Source: the human T2T-CHM13v2.0 reference genome, Homo sapiens. From it: DNA of 64,000 bases. The notes under the pieces were generated by a model. That model ran no database searches. It was not told the origin of the DNA and was given only the letters and a program-made list of their open reading frames with translations. The position numbers and the translations under genes were made by a program. Shown here piece by piece: positions 40,801 through 56,901 of the stretch; within the stretch, counting starts at the first letter, position 1; each line of letters begins with the position of its first letter. The DNA lies in assembly GCF_009914755.1 (NCBI RefSeq), contig NC_060938.1. One strand, given 5' to 3'.

Positions 40801-43680
40801 TCTCCCATTCTCTCTTCTCTCTCTGTCTCTCACTCTCTGTGTGTTTCTTTCCCACTCTCTGTGGGTTTGTACCAGCCGAAGTTGCGTCAGGGCTACCAGG
40901 TCGGTGGAGGATTGGGGGTGTTGCGAAATTGGCAGAAACCTCTTTGCTCCTCTGGGAGGCATTTGAAAACGTGGCTTGGGTCAGGCACAGGAGGCCCCCC
41001 TACCCCACGGTTCCCAGGTGTTGTTTGTTTTTCCTTGACGTTGACGAAAATGTCACCTGTTTCCCCCTTCCACCGGCATATCCCTGGACCCCACCCTTCG
41101 TTTTGCCGTCGCCCCGTATGCCTCCGGTGACACACATTAACACCAACTGCTGTGGGATTGGCCAGTGCCACGCGTGGTCACATGGTCTCCCCCTGGGTTT
41201 CGCCTCTGTTCCTCTTTGCAGTTGTCCTGTACAGCGCGTTCGGCTTTCCGGAACCCCTGGGCTTTTACAAGCGGGGCAGGCCACTGCTCTTTCAAAGGAG
41301 GAGGGAGGCAGAGGGCTGATGGATCGGTGAATTTGCTCTGACACTAGGCCTTGAGACCTATGGGGTCATTGTGTGCTGCAGCGAGGCCCCGCCGGCCTGA
41401 CCAGATGTGGTGAGCCCATCCTATGTCACTCGGAGGGGGCCAGAATGGGATCTCAACGGGAGTCCGGAGCACACAGCAGGCGTCCTGAAGCTCCCCCTCC
41501 CTCGCTGGAAATCGGCTCAAGCAGGTCCTGAGGACAGGAGCCCTGGGGGTTTGGGCCTGTGACACGACGAGACACCCGCGGCCCCCGCTCCCACGCCGCC
41601 CCAAACAGGACCCAGGACACAGCCGACGCCGGGGCGGCAGCAGGAGCATCGCGGCCGCCGCCCGGCGGTGGCGATATTTAAAGGGGACGCAGCCTATCTG
41701 TCAGGAGTGGAGCGTGAGTCGGCTCAGCCAATGCGCATGCGTGAGCCGTCAGCTGTTTCTCGCGTCACAGTGGTTCCCACGGTTGTCTTAGACACCAGTC
41801 CCCGAGGCTTGGCAGAGCAGGAGCCCTCCGTGGCAGTGCTTGGGTATCGAGGCTCTGAGACTCCGGCCTCACCTCTCCACGGGGTCGAAGGGAACCTCTC
41901 CTGATGACAGCAGTCGCAAAGGGCCGACCATGATGATGAAACCCCAGTCGGAGACGGGGGAAGCAGCACGGGATCCCAGCCTCAGGCCTGCACGGACGGT
42001 GTTGGTTGGGGTGAGTCTCTCCAAAAGCCTTGCCGCTGTCCGTGATCTCGAGGACGGGTCGGCCTGCGTGCCCCTGGGCTGCTCTCTCACCCGAGGGTCG
42101 TTCTCCTCCAGAGCAGAACCCCGGAGCCTCAGGGGTTGCCTGGGGGTGTGTGTTTCAATGCCTCTGCTGTATGACTCTGCGTGTGTGTGTGTGTGTCTGT
42201 GTGTTTGTCTCCCATTCTCTCTTCTCCCTCTGTCTCTCAGTCTCTGTGTGTTTCTTTCCCACTCTTTGTGGGTTTGTTCCAGCCGAAGTTGCATCAGGGC
42301 TACGAGTTCGGTGGAGGATTGGGGGTGTTGCGAAATTGGCAGAAACCTCTTTGTTCCTCTGGTAGGCATTTGAAAACGTGGCTTGGGTCAGGCACAGACG
42401 TCCCCTACACCCTCCGGGTCCCAGGTGTTGTTTGATTTTCCTTGGCATTGACGGAAAGGTCACCCGTTTCCCCCTTCCACCGGCACGTGCATGGACCCCA
42501 CCCTTCGTTTCGCCGTCGCCCCGTTTGCCTCCGGTGTCACACGTTAACACCAACTGCTGTGGGATTGGCCAGTGCCACGCGTGGTCACATGGTCTCCCCC
42601 TGGATTTCGCCTCTGTTCCTCTTTGCAGTTGTCCTGTAAAGCATGGTCGGCTTTCCGGAACCCCTCGGCTTTTACAAGCGGGGCAGGCCACTGCTCTTTC
42701 AAAGGAGGAGGGAGGCAGAGGGCTGATGGATGAATGAGTTTGCTCTGACACTAGGCCTTGAGAACTATGGGGTCATTGTGTGCTGCAGCGAGGCCCTGCC
42801 GGCCTGACCACATGTGGTGAGCCCATCCTATGTCACTCGGAGGGGGCCAGAATGGGATCTCAACGGGAGTCCAGAGAACACAGCAGGCGTCCTGAAGCTC
42901 CCCCTCCCTTGGTGGAAGTCGGCTCAAGCAGGTCCTGAGGACAGGAGCCCTGGGGGTTTGGGCCTGGGACAGGACCAGACACCCGTCGCCCCCTCTCCCA
43001 CGCCGCCTGAAACAGGACCCAGGACACAGGCGCTGCCGGGGCGGCAGCAGGAGCATCGCGGCCGCCGCGCGGCGGTGGCGATATTTAAAGGGGACGCAGC
43101 CTATCTGTCAGGAGTGGAGCGTGAGTCGGCTCAGCCAATGCGCATGCGCTAGGCGCGAGCGGTTTCTCCCGTCACAGTGGTTCCCACGGTTGTCTTAGAC
43201 ACCAGTTCCCGAGGCTTGGCAGAGCAGGAGCCCTCCTTGGCACTGCTTGGGCATCCAGGCTCTGAGGCTCCGGCCTCACCTTTCCACGGGGTCGAAGGGA
43301 ACCTCTCCTGATGACAGCAGTCGCAAAGGGCCGACCATGATGATGAAACCCCAGGCGGAGACGGGGGAAGCAGCACGGGATCCCAGCCTCAGGCCTGCAC
43401 CGACGGTTTTGGTTGGGGTGAGTCTCACCAAAAGTCGTGCCGCCGTCCGTGATCTCGAGGACGGGTCGGCCTGCGTGCCCCTGGGCTGCTCTCTCACCCG
43501 AGGGTCGTTCTCCTCCAGAGCAGAATCCCGCAGCCTCAGGGGTTGCCAGAGGGTGTGTGTTTCAATGCCTCTGTTGTATGACTCTGCGTGTGTGTGTGTG
43601 TCTGTTTGTGTGTCTCCCATTCTCTCTTCTCTCTCTATCTCTCAGTCTCTGTGTGTTTCTTTCCCTCTCTCTATGGATTT

Positions 43681-44630
<950 letters not shown>

Positions 44631-45419
44631 GAAGAGCTGATGTGGGCTTGAAGCCCCAGCTGTGACAATAAGAACACAGTGACTCGTGACTACGTCTTGA
44701 CTGAAATGCAGGCCTTGAATCTAATCATTACGTTGAAAAGAGGTGTTGAGCCTACGAAATGAAGGCATGTCTGGAAAAAGAGACACAGCAATATGTTACA
44801 GCCAAACTATAACCTAAATCCCACGAACGCATGTCATCCCACCTGCTATTCGTTTCTGTCAGAGCTGTCACCCAGTGATCTACAAACGAGAAAGGGGAGA
44901 AACAGCTTTGAAAAGAAATGCTACCTTTTGGGTAGTGAAGGCAGCTATGTGGCTGATACCTCATGCTCCTTGTGTTATTTCCACCCCTTCGGTGGTACTC
45001 CATGAATTTCACCCCACATCTGAGAAACGGCTGGTTCAGCAAGCTAACAGCATACAGATCCTACTCTTTTCTATTTTAACCAAAAAAATTCCTAAGTGGT
45101 ATTCCTTAAATCTTGAGCAAGTACGATTCCTTAAATCTTGAGCAAATCTTGAGAAAACTGTGTCCTACTAAAATTAAAAGGTATTCTCCTGGGAAGTGGG
45201 CCCTATGTCTATTAAACATACTTAGCAAAATCTCTTGCTGTGTCGCTATTTCCAGAAGGTCCTTAGCACTCACCAGGAACAGTGGTTGCCTCTAGGAATG
45301 AAATGGGATGACGGAAGACCTGGGGAGCCGTGGCAGGAGGAGACACTCATGATGCGCCTTTTGGCCATAGGTAGTTATTTTCCACATGCATGGAGTGCCT
45401 TGTATTGAACCAGAACTAG

Positions 45420-45660
45420 TAATTATAATACCTTGCATTTATATAATGTTTTGCAGCTGTATTAATGTCTTCATATCAGTTCTCTCATCTGAGTCTCTGT
45501 TGTTTGCATGAGGTTGCATTACTAGCTCCATTTTGCCACAGAGGAAATTGAATTCAAAGAATTCAAAGGGCTTTAGAGATTTACTATGAGGAAATATTGG
45601 AGGCCAAGCTAAAACGTAAGCTTCCAAACACTCAGCAAATCTTTCTTCCACCACACCACA
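45420..45660 (-). mobile_element. MIR
   Basis: MIR core-like 'ccattttgccacagaggaaattgaattcaaaga'. Confidence 0.55.
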
Positions 45661-48600
45661 TTACTCTCAAGGAGGAGGGAGAGAAGAAATGAGGAAAAAA
45701 ATCCAAATTTTTTCCTTCAAAGGTAAGTAGTTAGAATCATCAGTTTTGGAATGTATTATCAGTAAATGAACCAAGGTGATCTTCCTGAGGCCAATTTAAA
45801 ATCTAATTCAAATTATTTTAATTATTAAACAATAAGATGTCTTCCCTTTATGTTTAATTCAACAAGCATAAAGAACAGGATGAATTTTAATTATCTGAGA
45901 ATAATTAGGAACATATTTCTTTCCTATCACTCTTAGGGCCAAATCACATTTCTAAAGTGAAACCTAATCTAAGAACTTTCCAATACAATATCATATAATT
46001 AGGTAATTTAAAAATATATTTTGAAAATGAAATCTCTAAACATCATTCATTAACAGACTCTGATATTCCCTTCAGTCACTGTCATGGCTAAGAAAGCAAC
46101 TCCAACCCACACACTGCAAATATGAAGGACCACGAAAGGCACGCAGGCTCTGGTTTGCATAGTGAAGATGAGCGTCTGTGTTCCTAAGCATGAAGGAGGA
46201 CCACATGAGTATCCTGGACACCTACTGCATGAATGTATTCGCCCTTTCAGATCTAGGGACCTGGTAACCATTTATTATTTGTACTCTGATTTTCTTCCAT
46301 TTCTTTCTCCAGTCCATAAATGTAACTTAAGTGACTTATTAACACTGATGGTTTGATCACCAATAGCATGTTCCAGTTTCAGTCTTAGTGTAGGTGCCCT
46401 TATTACAGACTTGAGATAAAGTCCAGGGCTAACCACTCTTACAAATTTACACTTTGCTAAAGGGTACCTTGGGACAGAGGGAGTGCAGAGCAGAGAAAAC
46501 CTACCTGTGCAACTGAGAAGGCCGCTCAGGCCACGGGGACAGGGCAGGAATGCTCTCAGGAGTGTCCCCTGAACCTGAACTTGATTTCACGCCATCACCT
46601 TCCACCTCTTAACCAGCATCTCCTGGACAGTCAGCCGAGTGTTTCCATGATACCAGCCATACCTGATGCCAGGAGACTCGCTACACTTGGAAGCTCTTCA
46701 AGGTGGGACTTTCTGTCTTGTTCAGTTTTTCATTCTCAGTAGTCAACACAGGACCTTATACTTAAAGGAAATAAGTATAATGTCCTAACAAGTGTTTCTG
46801 GAATAAATGATCATGGCTGAAATGAGCATTTGAAATGACGATATATCTAGAAAGAACAGAAAATATACACTGGACGTATTTTAGGTGGCTGAGATTATTG
46901 AATGGGAAAATAGTGAGATCTTACAATTGAATGGGTATCATAAATGCTTCCTGTATAATATCTGATTTTGCCCTTATCACAAAGAATTCATATAACCAAA
47001 ACTATATCCCTAAAAATGTCTTCCTAAACATGAAAACAAATTATTTGACTTCATAATGCCGCTTTTTACCCCAAAGTGTCTGACCCTTTCACTAAACATT
47101 ACTCGGTGTTAAATAGTATAGATATAATTTCTCTGAAATTCACTGAATATGATTTTCAAATGCTGTAATTCCTAAAAATAATATCTAGGCTGCCTTTAAT
47201 TTCTCATGTCAGTAATAATTAATGTCCCTACGAAGCTTATGGGCAATCAGAAACATTTGTTTATAACATACTGAAGAATTTTTAAACAACCACAGAATAT
47301 GAATATAATAAGATAAAATATTAAATATTTCCAGGCATGCTTATCTTTGTGAACTGAATCTTGGAGAAGCAGGATTGAAAATAAGAGCTATCTTTGAGGC
47401 TCTAGCACCTACAAGAGACACCCTCCCTCTCCACCATGGATCACCTGTCTCACCCGTGTGAGTCTCCACACAGAAACCAGTCATGGCCCTGCCTTTGCCC
47501 CCCTTGAAATCACCCAAGAGGATGCTTCAAACTCAGGCAAGCACAACTGATACTCACTCTGCATGCAACAGCAGGGGAGTGACCTTACAAGAAACTAATG
47601 GGCCTCACTTCCTGAGAATCACTGTCAGAGCCCATAACATAAGATAAATCACAGCCAAGGATTTTTGAAAAGTTTCCTGATGAGAGAACCATGACCTTTT
47701 CAAGGGTAGTGATGGATTGATCAGGGCAAGCAATAGGTAGATTTTTTAAAACAAGCCTGGCACAAAAACAATGATATATATCTACCAAAGTTGGCTAGAA
47801 TACCTGGCTGATGTCCCAGTCAGGAAACACAGGAAAAGGTTACATCTGTAGAAAAAAAACAGCTTGTTAAGCAAAACAATGCAGTCAAAAACCAAGCTCA
47901 CTGTAAGAAATGCCATGTGGGCCAGTGGGGACGGCCATGCCGAAAGCGCTCAGTGCTCCTGAAGCTGGGTGGCAGGTGTTTTCACACACAAAGGCCTTCC
48001 TTGCTCGGGCCATGGGATAAGCCTTTGAGTGGAGACCTAGCAAGGAGCTTTGAAGTCTGCGTTGGGGGTGGAAGGTGGCAATCCCATTAGACAGCTCTCC
48101 CTGGTGTGAATTTATGAAGCCCCATGCAGACTGTGACTTTTAAAATAATCATTTAGTTGGTTCTAGCACATATCGCAGGTTTCATTACAGGCTGCCCCTT
48201 AACGAGCATTGTAACCTGGAGGAAAGAATCCAAATTCTTTAGTCACCACCTAACTCCACATTCATTACCTTGTTGCCCAGGGTGGAGTCCAAAAGCAGCA
48301 ACTATGTTTATTTCTCCATAGAAAATAAATGTTCACCAAGGCACGTCTGTTCTATTACTTTTTTATTCTTAACTAGACCGTTAATATAATTGTTGGTTGC
48401 ATTGATTTCAACTTCCCCACACGATGCAATCGGCTTTCTGCCGTATTTCAATCACACTAACCAAGAGAGACATCAGACATTCAGAATAGACTCTGGACCA
48501 AAACCGAGGGCAGGGGAGAGGTGGGCGGGCCAGGCACAGCTCTGCTGAAGCACTGGTTTGACATGTCGAGTTGAAGTGTTTCTACTCAAAACACCTGTCT

Positions 48601-48839
48601 CCCTGCCAAGGTGAAGGCTAGATGGTAAAAAAGAAAGTTCCCTTTTTTCTGATAAACTAGGCTGTCTCCATAGGAAGTACCCTGAAGGCCCCCAGCTCCG
48701 ACTCCGAGAGCAGAGCCCAGACTCTCCTACTTTGAACGGACATGAGCTCTATGCCTCTTGGGGTTTCTCTGCCTGCCCAGTCACCATGGATAACGTGCTT
48801 GCCCTAGATTGTCTCCTAGGCCAAGTCCTCTCCAAGTTC

Positions 48840-49062
48840 TTGGCCCTTTGTCCTAAGGTTGGATCTCTTCCTCTCGCTTCCCTTGCTCCGAGCTGTGTCT
48901 CTGGATACACCCCCTGCAAACTACGCTTCCTGAGCTCGGCTGGCATCTGGCTGTGTTCAGCAAATGGGAAGCCCAGACAGGGGACTGGAGAGCAGGAAGA
49001 CGGGAGAACAAGGAGATTTCTCCTCCTTCAGCAGCCACAGCAGCAATGGCGTGTCCTCCACA
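48840..49062 (-). mobile_element. Old ERVL LTR fragment (LTR33/LTR41-like)
   Basis: 'gttcagcaaatgggaagcccagacaggggactggagagcaggaaga' resembles the LTR33/41 core. Confidence 0.35.
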
Positions 49063-50888
49063 GTTAACTGGAAGAAAAAGCCTGAGTCCTTGTCTCCTCC
49101 TGGATTGCCAAAGGGTCTTCTCCTTAGACATGTAAATACACAAATATTCGCATTTTTTAGTAACCCTTGAAAGATTTAACTGCCTGAATTTAACACCAGT
49201 AAAAACAAATGTAGCAATATGAAATTGCAACTCACTGAGAGCATTACGATTCAGAAAGTGAAGAAATGCGGGGCCAGCTCCAGCCGCAGCGCAACTGTCC
49301 ACGAGTCCGGCCGCAGCGCACCTGTCCCCAAGTGTCCACCTCTAAGGCAGTGTTCTTCAACACGCACCACGCGCATCCTCAGCTGGGCATTTCCAGAGGG
49401 AGCAAGTCTCTGAGAGGCAGGTCTAGCGCTAAGCTTTCAACAAGTCGCAGGCTATACTTCCGAACACAATGAAATGAGAATGACTTCACATCTCAGCAGA
49501 GCCAAAAGCAGTAGACAAATAAGCAATGATGAGATTTGTTTTTTTTTTTCTTCCCTCTTTCCGGACACTCACTCCTGCCTCCCATCGTACCGTCCTGGAA
49601 ACAGGAAGAAGGTGTGTATCTTGGTACAAGCATCAACTATGCACAGGTCCACTTTAATGGGGGAAAGGACAGGGAGTGAGATAAATAAATATGATGCGAT
49701 GTCTCCAAAAGAGGAACATTATACTGGGAACATCCATACACGGTTCAAAATTGCATCCATATTTAGTTATTACTTAGAAATCATCAAGGAAATAAATGCT
49801 TTCTTTTTTTTTTCTAGGACTTCTTTAAAGAGAGGTTAGGGAAAGCTTTCAGTTATATTTTCTGTCACCTTCCGCAATTTTAAATTGGATGAAATAGTGG
49901 GAGACTTTGTTTTTATGGCTTTCTCCTTTCAACTATTGTAACAAACAGCTACCTGTGCTTAGCATGCTTAAAGGCTGGATGGGACCATCTCTATATTATG
50001 GCCCAAACAAAATTGGCTTCTGGAACAAGTGTGGCTGTTTTGAACTCGATCCACTTGAGTCGGAGATGAGGTTGACAGAGGGAGGACCAACTGTGTATAA
50101 AGCTCCTTTAGGGAATATCCTGCTAATGTGATCTACATTTCAAAGTGGAAATCAAATATTCACTGCCACTGGAGTCTTGATATTTCTAGGATTATCAAAA
50201 GTACTTTCCTCTGACACAGGAGATATCATAACTTGACTTGGGGTTGAATTCAAATGCTGCCACAAAATAGCTGTCTGTGCATGACACCTCATCTTTTTTT
50301 CATCTTTAAGATGAAGTCCTGAAATTTCAGGACACTTCCAACTTCAAAACGTTCATTCCATGCAACAGAAAGGCAACACGTTGATGACTCCTGTCCCGAA
50401 TCATATTCTATCTTGTACCTTGCTATCAGTCGGTAAAACTGCAGATGCTGACTTAGACAACAAGCTTTATATCATTGACTACCAAACAATGTCAGGTTGA
50501 ACTTTGTACGAAGGGGTAGGTTGGTAAACACCTGGCCAGTGTGGTGAAGTGTGGCTGGTGTTGGAGGGAAAGGAAGAGGAGATGACAGTCACATTAGGAA
50601 GCTGCTCTGCCCTGAGATGAGCTCAGTGATTCACAAAACGCCATCGCCAAACCTGGCACCTACTGCCAGTCCCCAGTGACTCCCTGGGTAATAAAGAAAT
50701 TCCGGGGCTCTTAAGAGTCGTCGTCTGTTTGAGGGGTAGCTCTAATGTGCCTAGATCTAAACAGAACCACTTAAAATGCCGACAGAATAGAGAAACCTGT
50801 AGTGGAATCCCCTGACTTCCCAGCTTTCTAGGGCCTGCTCTGAAGATTCTGGTCCTGGTCCCCACCTACAGCTAAGAATAGATTTCAG

Positions 50889-51130
<242 letters not shown>

Positions 51131-53090
51131 AAGAATAGATGTCAGGTGGGCACAGGATCCAAACTGTGGACTAAAGTTGCCATTAGAAGCTTGCTCTGAA
51201 ATTGCTTTACAATCCTGTACTCTTTCTATCCACCAATTTTGACACCAATGGGATATGAAACTTTACGTTTAAACTCAGTATCACCCTTTCATGTGAATTC
51301 AGAAATTCCAAGTTGGTGATCATTTTTATATGACGTTAGCAACAATTAAACTAACGTCTCTTTGCCTGGACTTCTTTTCCAGAAAGTGTCCTATGTGGTG
51401 GAGGGTGGAGGAGTGAAAGGGGGCTAGGAAGAGAGTGTCTAATTTAGTCTTGAAATATTACAGTGGCTTCAATACTGTTGTGTACAGGGATCTTTACTGT
51501 TTTACATATTATTTCATGTGTACATGGGCTCAATTACTTTTGAAACAAATTAGCCAAAAAAGATAACTGATGCTTAAGCCTATCACTTAGCTAAATACAT
51601 ATAAGAATAGCTGTATTTCAATAGGCATGAAGACAAGAATAAGGATGAGATCATGTCCTTGGGTGAAGCAAATTTTGACTTAATTCTCTATTGAATATTT
51701 TATCAGGGGAATCAAAAAGTTGAGAAGATTCTGTTCTGCCATGTAAACTAAAAGCCATCCAGTAGATGAGAAATTGAAAACCACAAAGCTTGGGGAAAAA
51801 AATGAATGCTTTAGAGCATAAATTTTTCCATTAAATTATGCCAATAAACTTAGGACCTTGAAAGTTACTATGCTCAAATATATTTCAAAAGGAAGAAAAT
51901 GCTCTTTTCAAAGTAGGGACTAGAAATTGAATGTATAGAGTAGCAAGATTTTTTAATTCCACTAGCATAAATAAACCAATTTATTACTTCCTATTAATTC
52001 AATATCAATCTGTTTGAATTGAATGTGCATTTATTAATATAGAAGATACCTTTGCAAATTACTCAATTAAAATAAAAACAAGCCTAGGTATATGACTATC
52101 TCTATATTTTCTAAGCTTTCCAGATGCATACTTGTTTTCCCACTGGTTGCATAAGAATACCAAACATTAATTGAGGGTTGTTATATCAAAAAGAGTAAGA
52201 ACAACTCCTGAGATTCGAAAGCCATGGGAAGTTGCTGAGCTCAAGTATTCATCTCATACTAGTCAAAGTTAGGGATAGTAGAAGAGGAGGGGTTGGATTG
52301 AAGTGTAGGAACCCATGTTGCTGCAATGATTGGAAGCTCCTAATTAACAGGAACTATGGAGTGGAATAAAGTGAACTTATCATGGGGACCCTAGTGTTCC
52401 CTGTAGTGCTTTCTCCTCCTCTCTACTGGACACTCTTTTTCTTCTTTGTCTTTTTCCATTCAATAAAAGCAAGCCATTTATATGATTCAATAGACTGTGG
52501 ATTGAGAATCAGAATTTTGGAGTTGTTAGTAATTAACAAAGTAATTATCCAAGCATTTAATTTCACTGGACATGATAGCAGTTGAAATGATGATTTCTTG
52601 TTATTCCTTGATTCTACATTTAAAACACATTATTGTCCCATTTTATTTCAAGGAGGAATAAAATAGGAGAGAGAAATATAAAGCAAAGGGAAATGAAGAA
52701 AGAAGCTTAAAATGAAATGTGAGACATAATCCCAGGATTATCTTCAGAAAAATTCTTAAATCTTAGTTTGGTTGTGTACAGGTTAATCTATGTAGGCCCT
52801 CCTTCTGGGATTTTCTTATCTGTAATAGAAATATTGATTCCACTATGACCTCTGTCTCTCTTGGTTGTTAGAACTCCAGATGCCAATAATGCAGGAAAAG
52901 GCACAAAGTGAACATCTTTGTCAAGAGCCATGGATACAGCAACCGCTCACTATATGGTGAAGGGAATACCCTTCTCTGTAGCTAAAAGATGACTCAGTTT
53001 CTAAGTTATTATTTCCACCAAAATATCACATTCTTCCAACTTTCCATCATCATCCACTCCTACCCCAGTGCAATTTATGCAAATGTCAGC

Positions 53091-53502
53091 ACCCTACACC
53101 ACCCCTTTCCTACACCAACACTTTCCTACACAACCCCTTTCCTACACCAACCCCTTCGTACACCAAATCTTTCCTACATCAACCCTTTCCTACAACACCC
53201 CTTTCCTACACCAAATCTTTCCTACACCAAGCCTTTCCTACACCAAGCCTTTCCTACACCAAAGTTTTCCTATATCACCCCTTCCCTACACCACACCTTT
53301 CCTACACCAACCCTTGCCTACACCAACACTTTCCTGCAACACCCTTTCCTACAACATCCCTTTCCTACACCACCCCTTTCCTACACCACCCCTTCCCTAC
53401 ACCACCCCTTTCCTACACCACCCTTTCCTACACCACCCCTTTCCTATACCACCCTTTCCTACACCACCCCTTTCCTGCACCAACCCTTTCCTACACCAAC
53501 CC
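53091..53502. repeat. C-rich minisatellite, 16-17-bp unit CCCTTTCCTACACCA(A/C)C, about 25 copies
   Basis: Directly visible tandem units; the plus strand is almost G-free. Confidence 0.92.
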
Positions 53503-53685
53503 TCTCTTCCTGCCTGCTCATCATTCCCTCTTACACGTGTGTGGTCTCATTCACTCTGTGCTCCACTCCCTATCCCTATCCCTCACATGATCTAACTTAC
53601 AAACCAGGACTCCTTCTCTTTCACATGCCCCAATCCTTCCACCATCCCCACACAAATCACCTCCCTCAATAAATACACAGAAGTT

Positions 53686-53990
53686 GGCCAGGAGTGGCAG
53701 CTCACCCATGTAATCCCAGCACATTGGGAGGCAGAGGCAGGCAGATCACTTGAGGTCAGGAGCTCAAGACCAGCCTGGCCAACACGGTGAAACCCTGTCT
53801 CTACTAAAAATACAAAAAATAGCTGGGCATGGTGGTGTGTGCCTGTAATCCCAGCTACTCGGGAGGCTGACATGAGAATCGTTTGAACCCAGGAGGTGGA
53901 GGTTGCAGTGAGCCGAGATCGCGCCAATTCACTTCAGCCTGGACAACAGAGCAAGAATCCATCTCAAAAAAATAAATTAAATAAATAAAC
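53686..53990 (+). mobile_element. AluS (Sx/Sz-like)
   Basis: Full dimer; perfect TSD AAATACACAGAAGTT at 53671-53685 and 53991-54005. Confidence 0.93.
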
Positions 53991-55544
53991 AAATACACAG
54001 AAGTTATGCAGACAGCTGCACTATCATGAACAGATAACACATTAACTAACATTTTAGTAAGGACACACCGGGAGTGAGTGTTCAGTGGCTGGAGCAAAGG
54101 AAGTCATGGAAATAAGTCAGTAGAAATGTTCCAGTTTTGGAAACATGGCATCATGCATGAGATGGGATTTCCAAGACTAGGAATCAGATTTATTTTTCTT
54201 AGGCATGCTGGGACTAAGCATCCTTTCATAACACCAGTGTTTGTGGTATTGGGAATCCCAGTGATCTCACATTGCAATCCTTCATTACCATCATGTGCAA
54301 AGCAGCTTTGAAGATGTCTCTGCTCTGAATTGCATTGTCTTCACAGAAAAGTGTGGGGAAGATCCCACTTCTGAGGCTGCAGGACACACAGAATGACCTT
54401 TCCTCTGCCATTCCCTGTACGGTGCCATTGGTTGCTTTAAACACATTTTTATTAGAACTGAAACTTTAAACATAGCCTTGCCAGTAGCTTCAAAAAGACA
54501 CCAGCTAATCTACAAGCATATATGGCCCACCATTTTCTCAAATAGCAATGAGAGTAAAATAAATAGGGTAATATGGTTTATCATTGCCTCAAGCAATGTG
54601 CAGAATTGTTAATAGTAGTAACTCCTCTCCCAGAAGGAAAAGAAAAATTTAAAATACGTGAAGCAGCCTTAACAACAACAACAATATAAGCTAACAATGT
54701 ATTTGTTTTTGAACATCTGCTAAATTCTTTCCCACTATTGCAGCCAGAAGCTATGCCACGCACAGCCAGATAATGTGGGCAGAGGGCACAGAGTCCAGGC
54801 ACTGTTTAAATGCTGAGATAAGGGAATGTGAGTGCTTCTTTGCTTCAAATGTCCTAAATCAGCTTATTTTTAATTAGCAACAATCATCATACACACACAC
54901 ATTGACATTGAAGCTTCCATAATAGTGTTCTTACATTTTCAATCTGGTTAATTGAATGAGAAAACAAATTCTCCTACTAGATATGTGCTCCAAAGTGAAA
55001 TTTGTGTTTTCTGTGGGATGAGGAATGCTTTCAAATGGAACATTTCTTGATTAAAGAGCCTGGACCATACAATTCATGTTGTGGGGAGGAAATGTGGCTT
55101 CAGAACATAATGAGAACTGGTTCGGTCTGCAGCTTTTCCCGTTCTCATTACGACCTTCACTATGAGAACAGATTCATATTATGGCATTTTCAACTCCTAT
55201 TGTCAGCTTCTGACACAATATGAGGTATTAGGACAGTAACTGGGGTGATGCCCAGTAAGTTCCGGCCACAAATCCTACACCAATATTATGGTATGCTTCT
55301 GGAAAGAGAAAGTACTTGGACCTATTGGCAAATCCCACCAGTCACAGAGCAATAAACAGGGAAGACTGGAATACCAGCCAATCAGATCAACAGATAGGAT
55401 TTTAAAACACCAAGAGCGTATCACTTTGCATCTTGGAAAACAGTGACTATTTAAATTCTGATCTTGTATTCTCTAACAAATGAGAACAATGAATGTTGCA
55501 CCCCAGGACATGCTCAGGACCAAAGCACAGTTCAAATTCTGGAA

Positions 55545-55663
55545 GGACATCACCATGATCCTAAAGTGGGAGGAAAAACCTCCTCCCCAGTCGTCAGCAA
55601 GGACATCACCATGATCCTAAAGCGGGAAGAAAAGCCTCCTCCCCAGTCCTCAGCACTGGACAT
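55545..55663. repeat. 56-bp tandem duplication
   Basis: GGACATCACCATGATCCTAAAG...CCTCCTCCCCAGTC at 55545 and 55601, with GGACAT again at 55658. Confidence 0.85.
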
Positions 55664-55799
55664 AGCCAACAGCACACCGGAGTAGGTAGAAGGCAGCAAA
55701 ATAGCTACTGAAGAGCCACACATGTTTTGGAAAGCAGGTGTATAGATTGCAACAGTTTTCTTTCCAGAGATACGATTTCTTTTTTATATCAGAGTTTAC

Positions 55800-55965
55800 A
55801 AATTTCAGACCCAGTGTTGACTTCACTTGTTATTAGCTTCTGTGTGCCTTTTCCTCATTCATAAAGTGAAGATAACAGTACCTGCCTCGCATACCTAACA
55901 GAATCTTGGCAAGCATTAAATGAGATGGTATATATGCAAGCACTTCGATAAGTACAAAGTGTCTT
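55800..55965 (+). mobile_element. MIR
   Basis: 'ttcctcattcataaagtgaagataacagtacctgcctc...attaaatgagatggtatatatgcaagcactt'. Confidence 0.7.
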
Positions 55966-56901
55966 TACAAACATGACACAGTCATTTAAAAATCATCCTT
56001 AAGTTAGGCACCCACTGCAAAGTGAGGCCTTATTTGAGGATGTTGTTATAAAATTCATAACTGAGGCCTCCAATTTCAAGGCAAAGTGGTGACAGAAACC
56101 TGTGGTGTACAGAATCCCATCGAGGCAAGGGACAGGTATGGGACAGAAGGCTTCATGCACCCCTTCGGGCATGTCCTCTGCAAGCCTCCGGAGCAGGCCC
56201 AGAAGTCCTTCTTATGTGCTCTGTGATTTTTCCTTCCAACCGCTTCCCTGACATGGTTGAAAGATATGCACACCAAGGAAGATAATGCAAATGCTACGAC
56301 GTAGTCACTTTGCAAATGCTGCAATGTTGTCACTCGCCACGCCAGCCAGCACTGGCTCTGGGAAAATGAAAAAGCCTCTGACACATTGAAACTTAGCAGC
56401 AACATTCTAACTGGGTTGAGGACAATATTCTTAATCCTCCCTAGAAAGATCAAATTAAATCAGCAGCAGGCTCTGCCTGACACAGCTCTGTGTCACTGAC
56501 TGTTCCGAGGAGAAACCTAGAGACGTCTGCAGCTCTTGACTTTGTAACTCGTGTCTTTCTATAGATATTCAGTGAGCAGTGATAAGACATCCCTGCATAA
56601 GGATTAGCTCAAGACAGGGAAACGCTGTTAGAGGAGAGAGGTGGAGAACAGACACACATTTTGCCTGCCATTTAATTCAGCTAAAAGCCATCAAATTTCA
56701 TGGCTAAACTTCAAACATGACTCAGTCTGAGCTTTGATTTTCCTTCCCTTTTCAGCAAGGCAACACATCTGTATATTTCAGCCCAAGCAGCTATGTATTT
56801 TAGTGAGTGTATAGTAAAAGCAGATTCTATTAATCATTAATAATTCAGAAATTAGGGGTGCATCCATTAAAAGTTCTACTTAATGTCAATTAAAACTCGA
56901 G

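Noticed and set aside
45101-45153. 25-bp local duplication ATTCCTTAAATCTTGAGCAA; similar 27-bp duplication at 49279-49332
   Set aside because: Ordinary slippage products with no further structure
46500-49620. Scattered minus-strand splice-like sites (donors ~46506, ~47588; acceptors ~47847, ~49596)
   Set aside because: No coherent reading frame or homology; cannot be told from chance without transcript data
52989-53672. 227-aa and 175-aa Pro/Thr/His-rich ORFs
   Set aside because: Translations of the nearly G-free minisatellite, which contains few stop codons by composition
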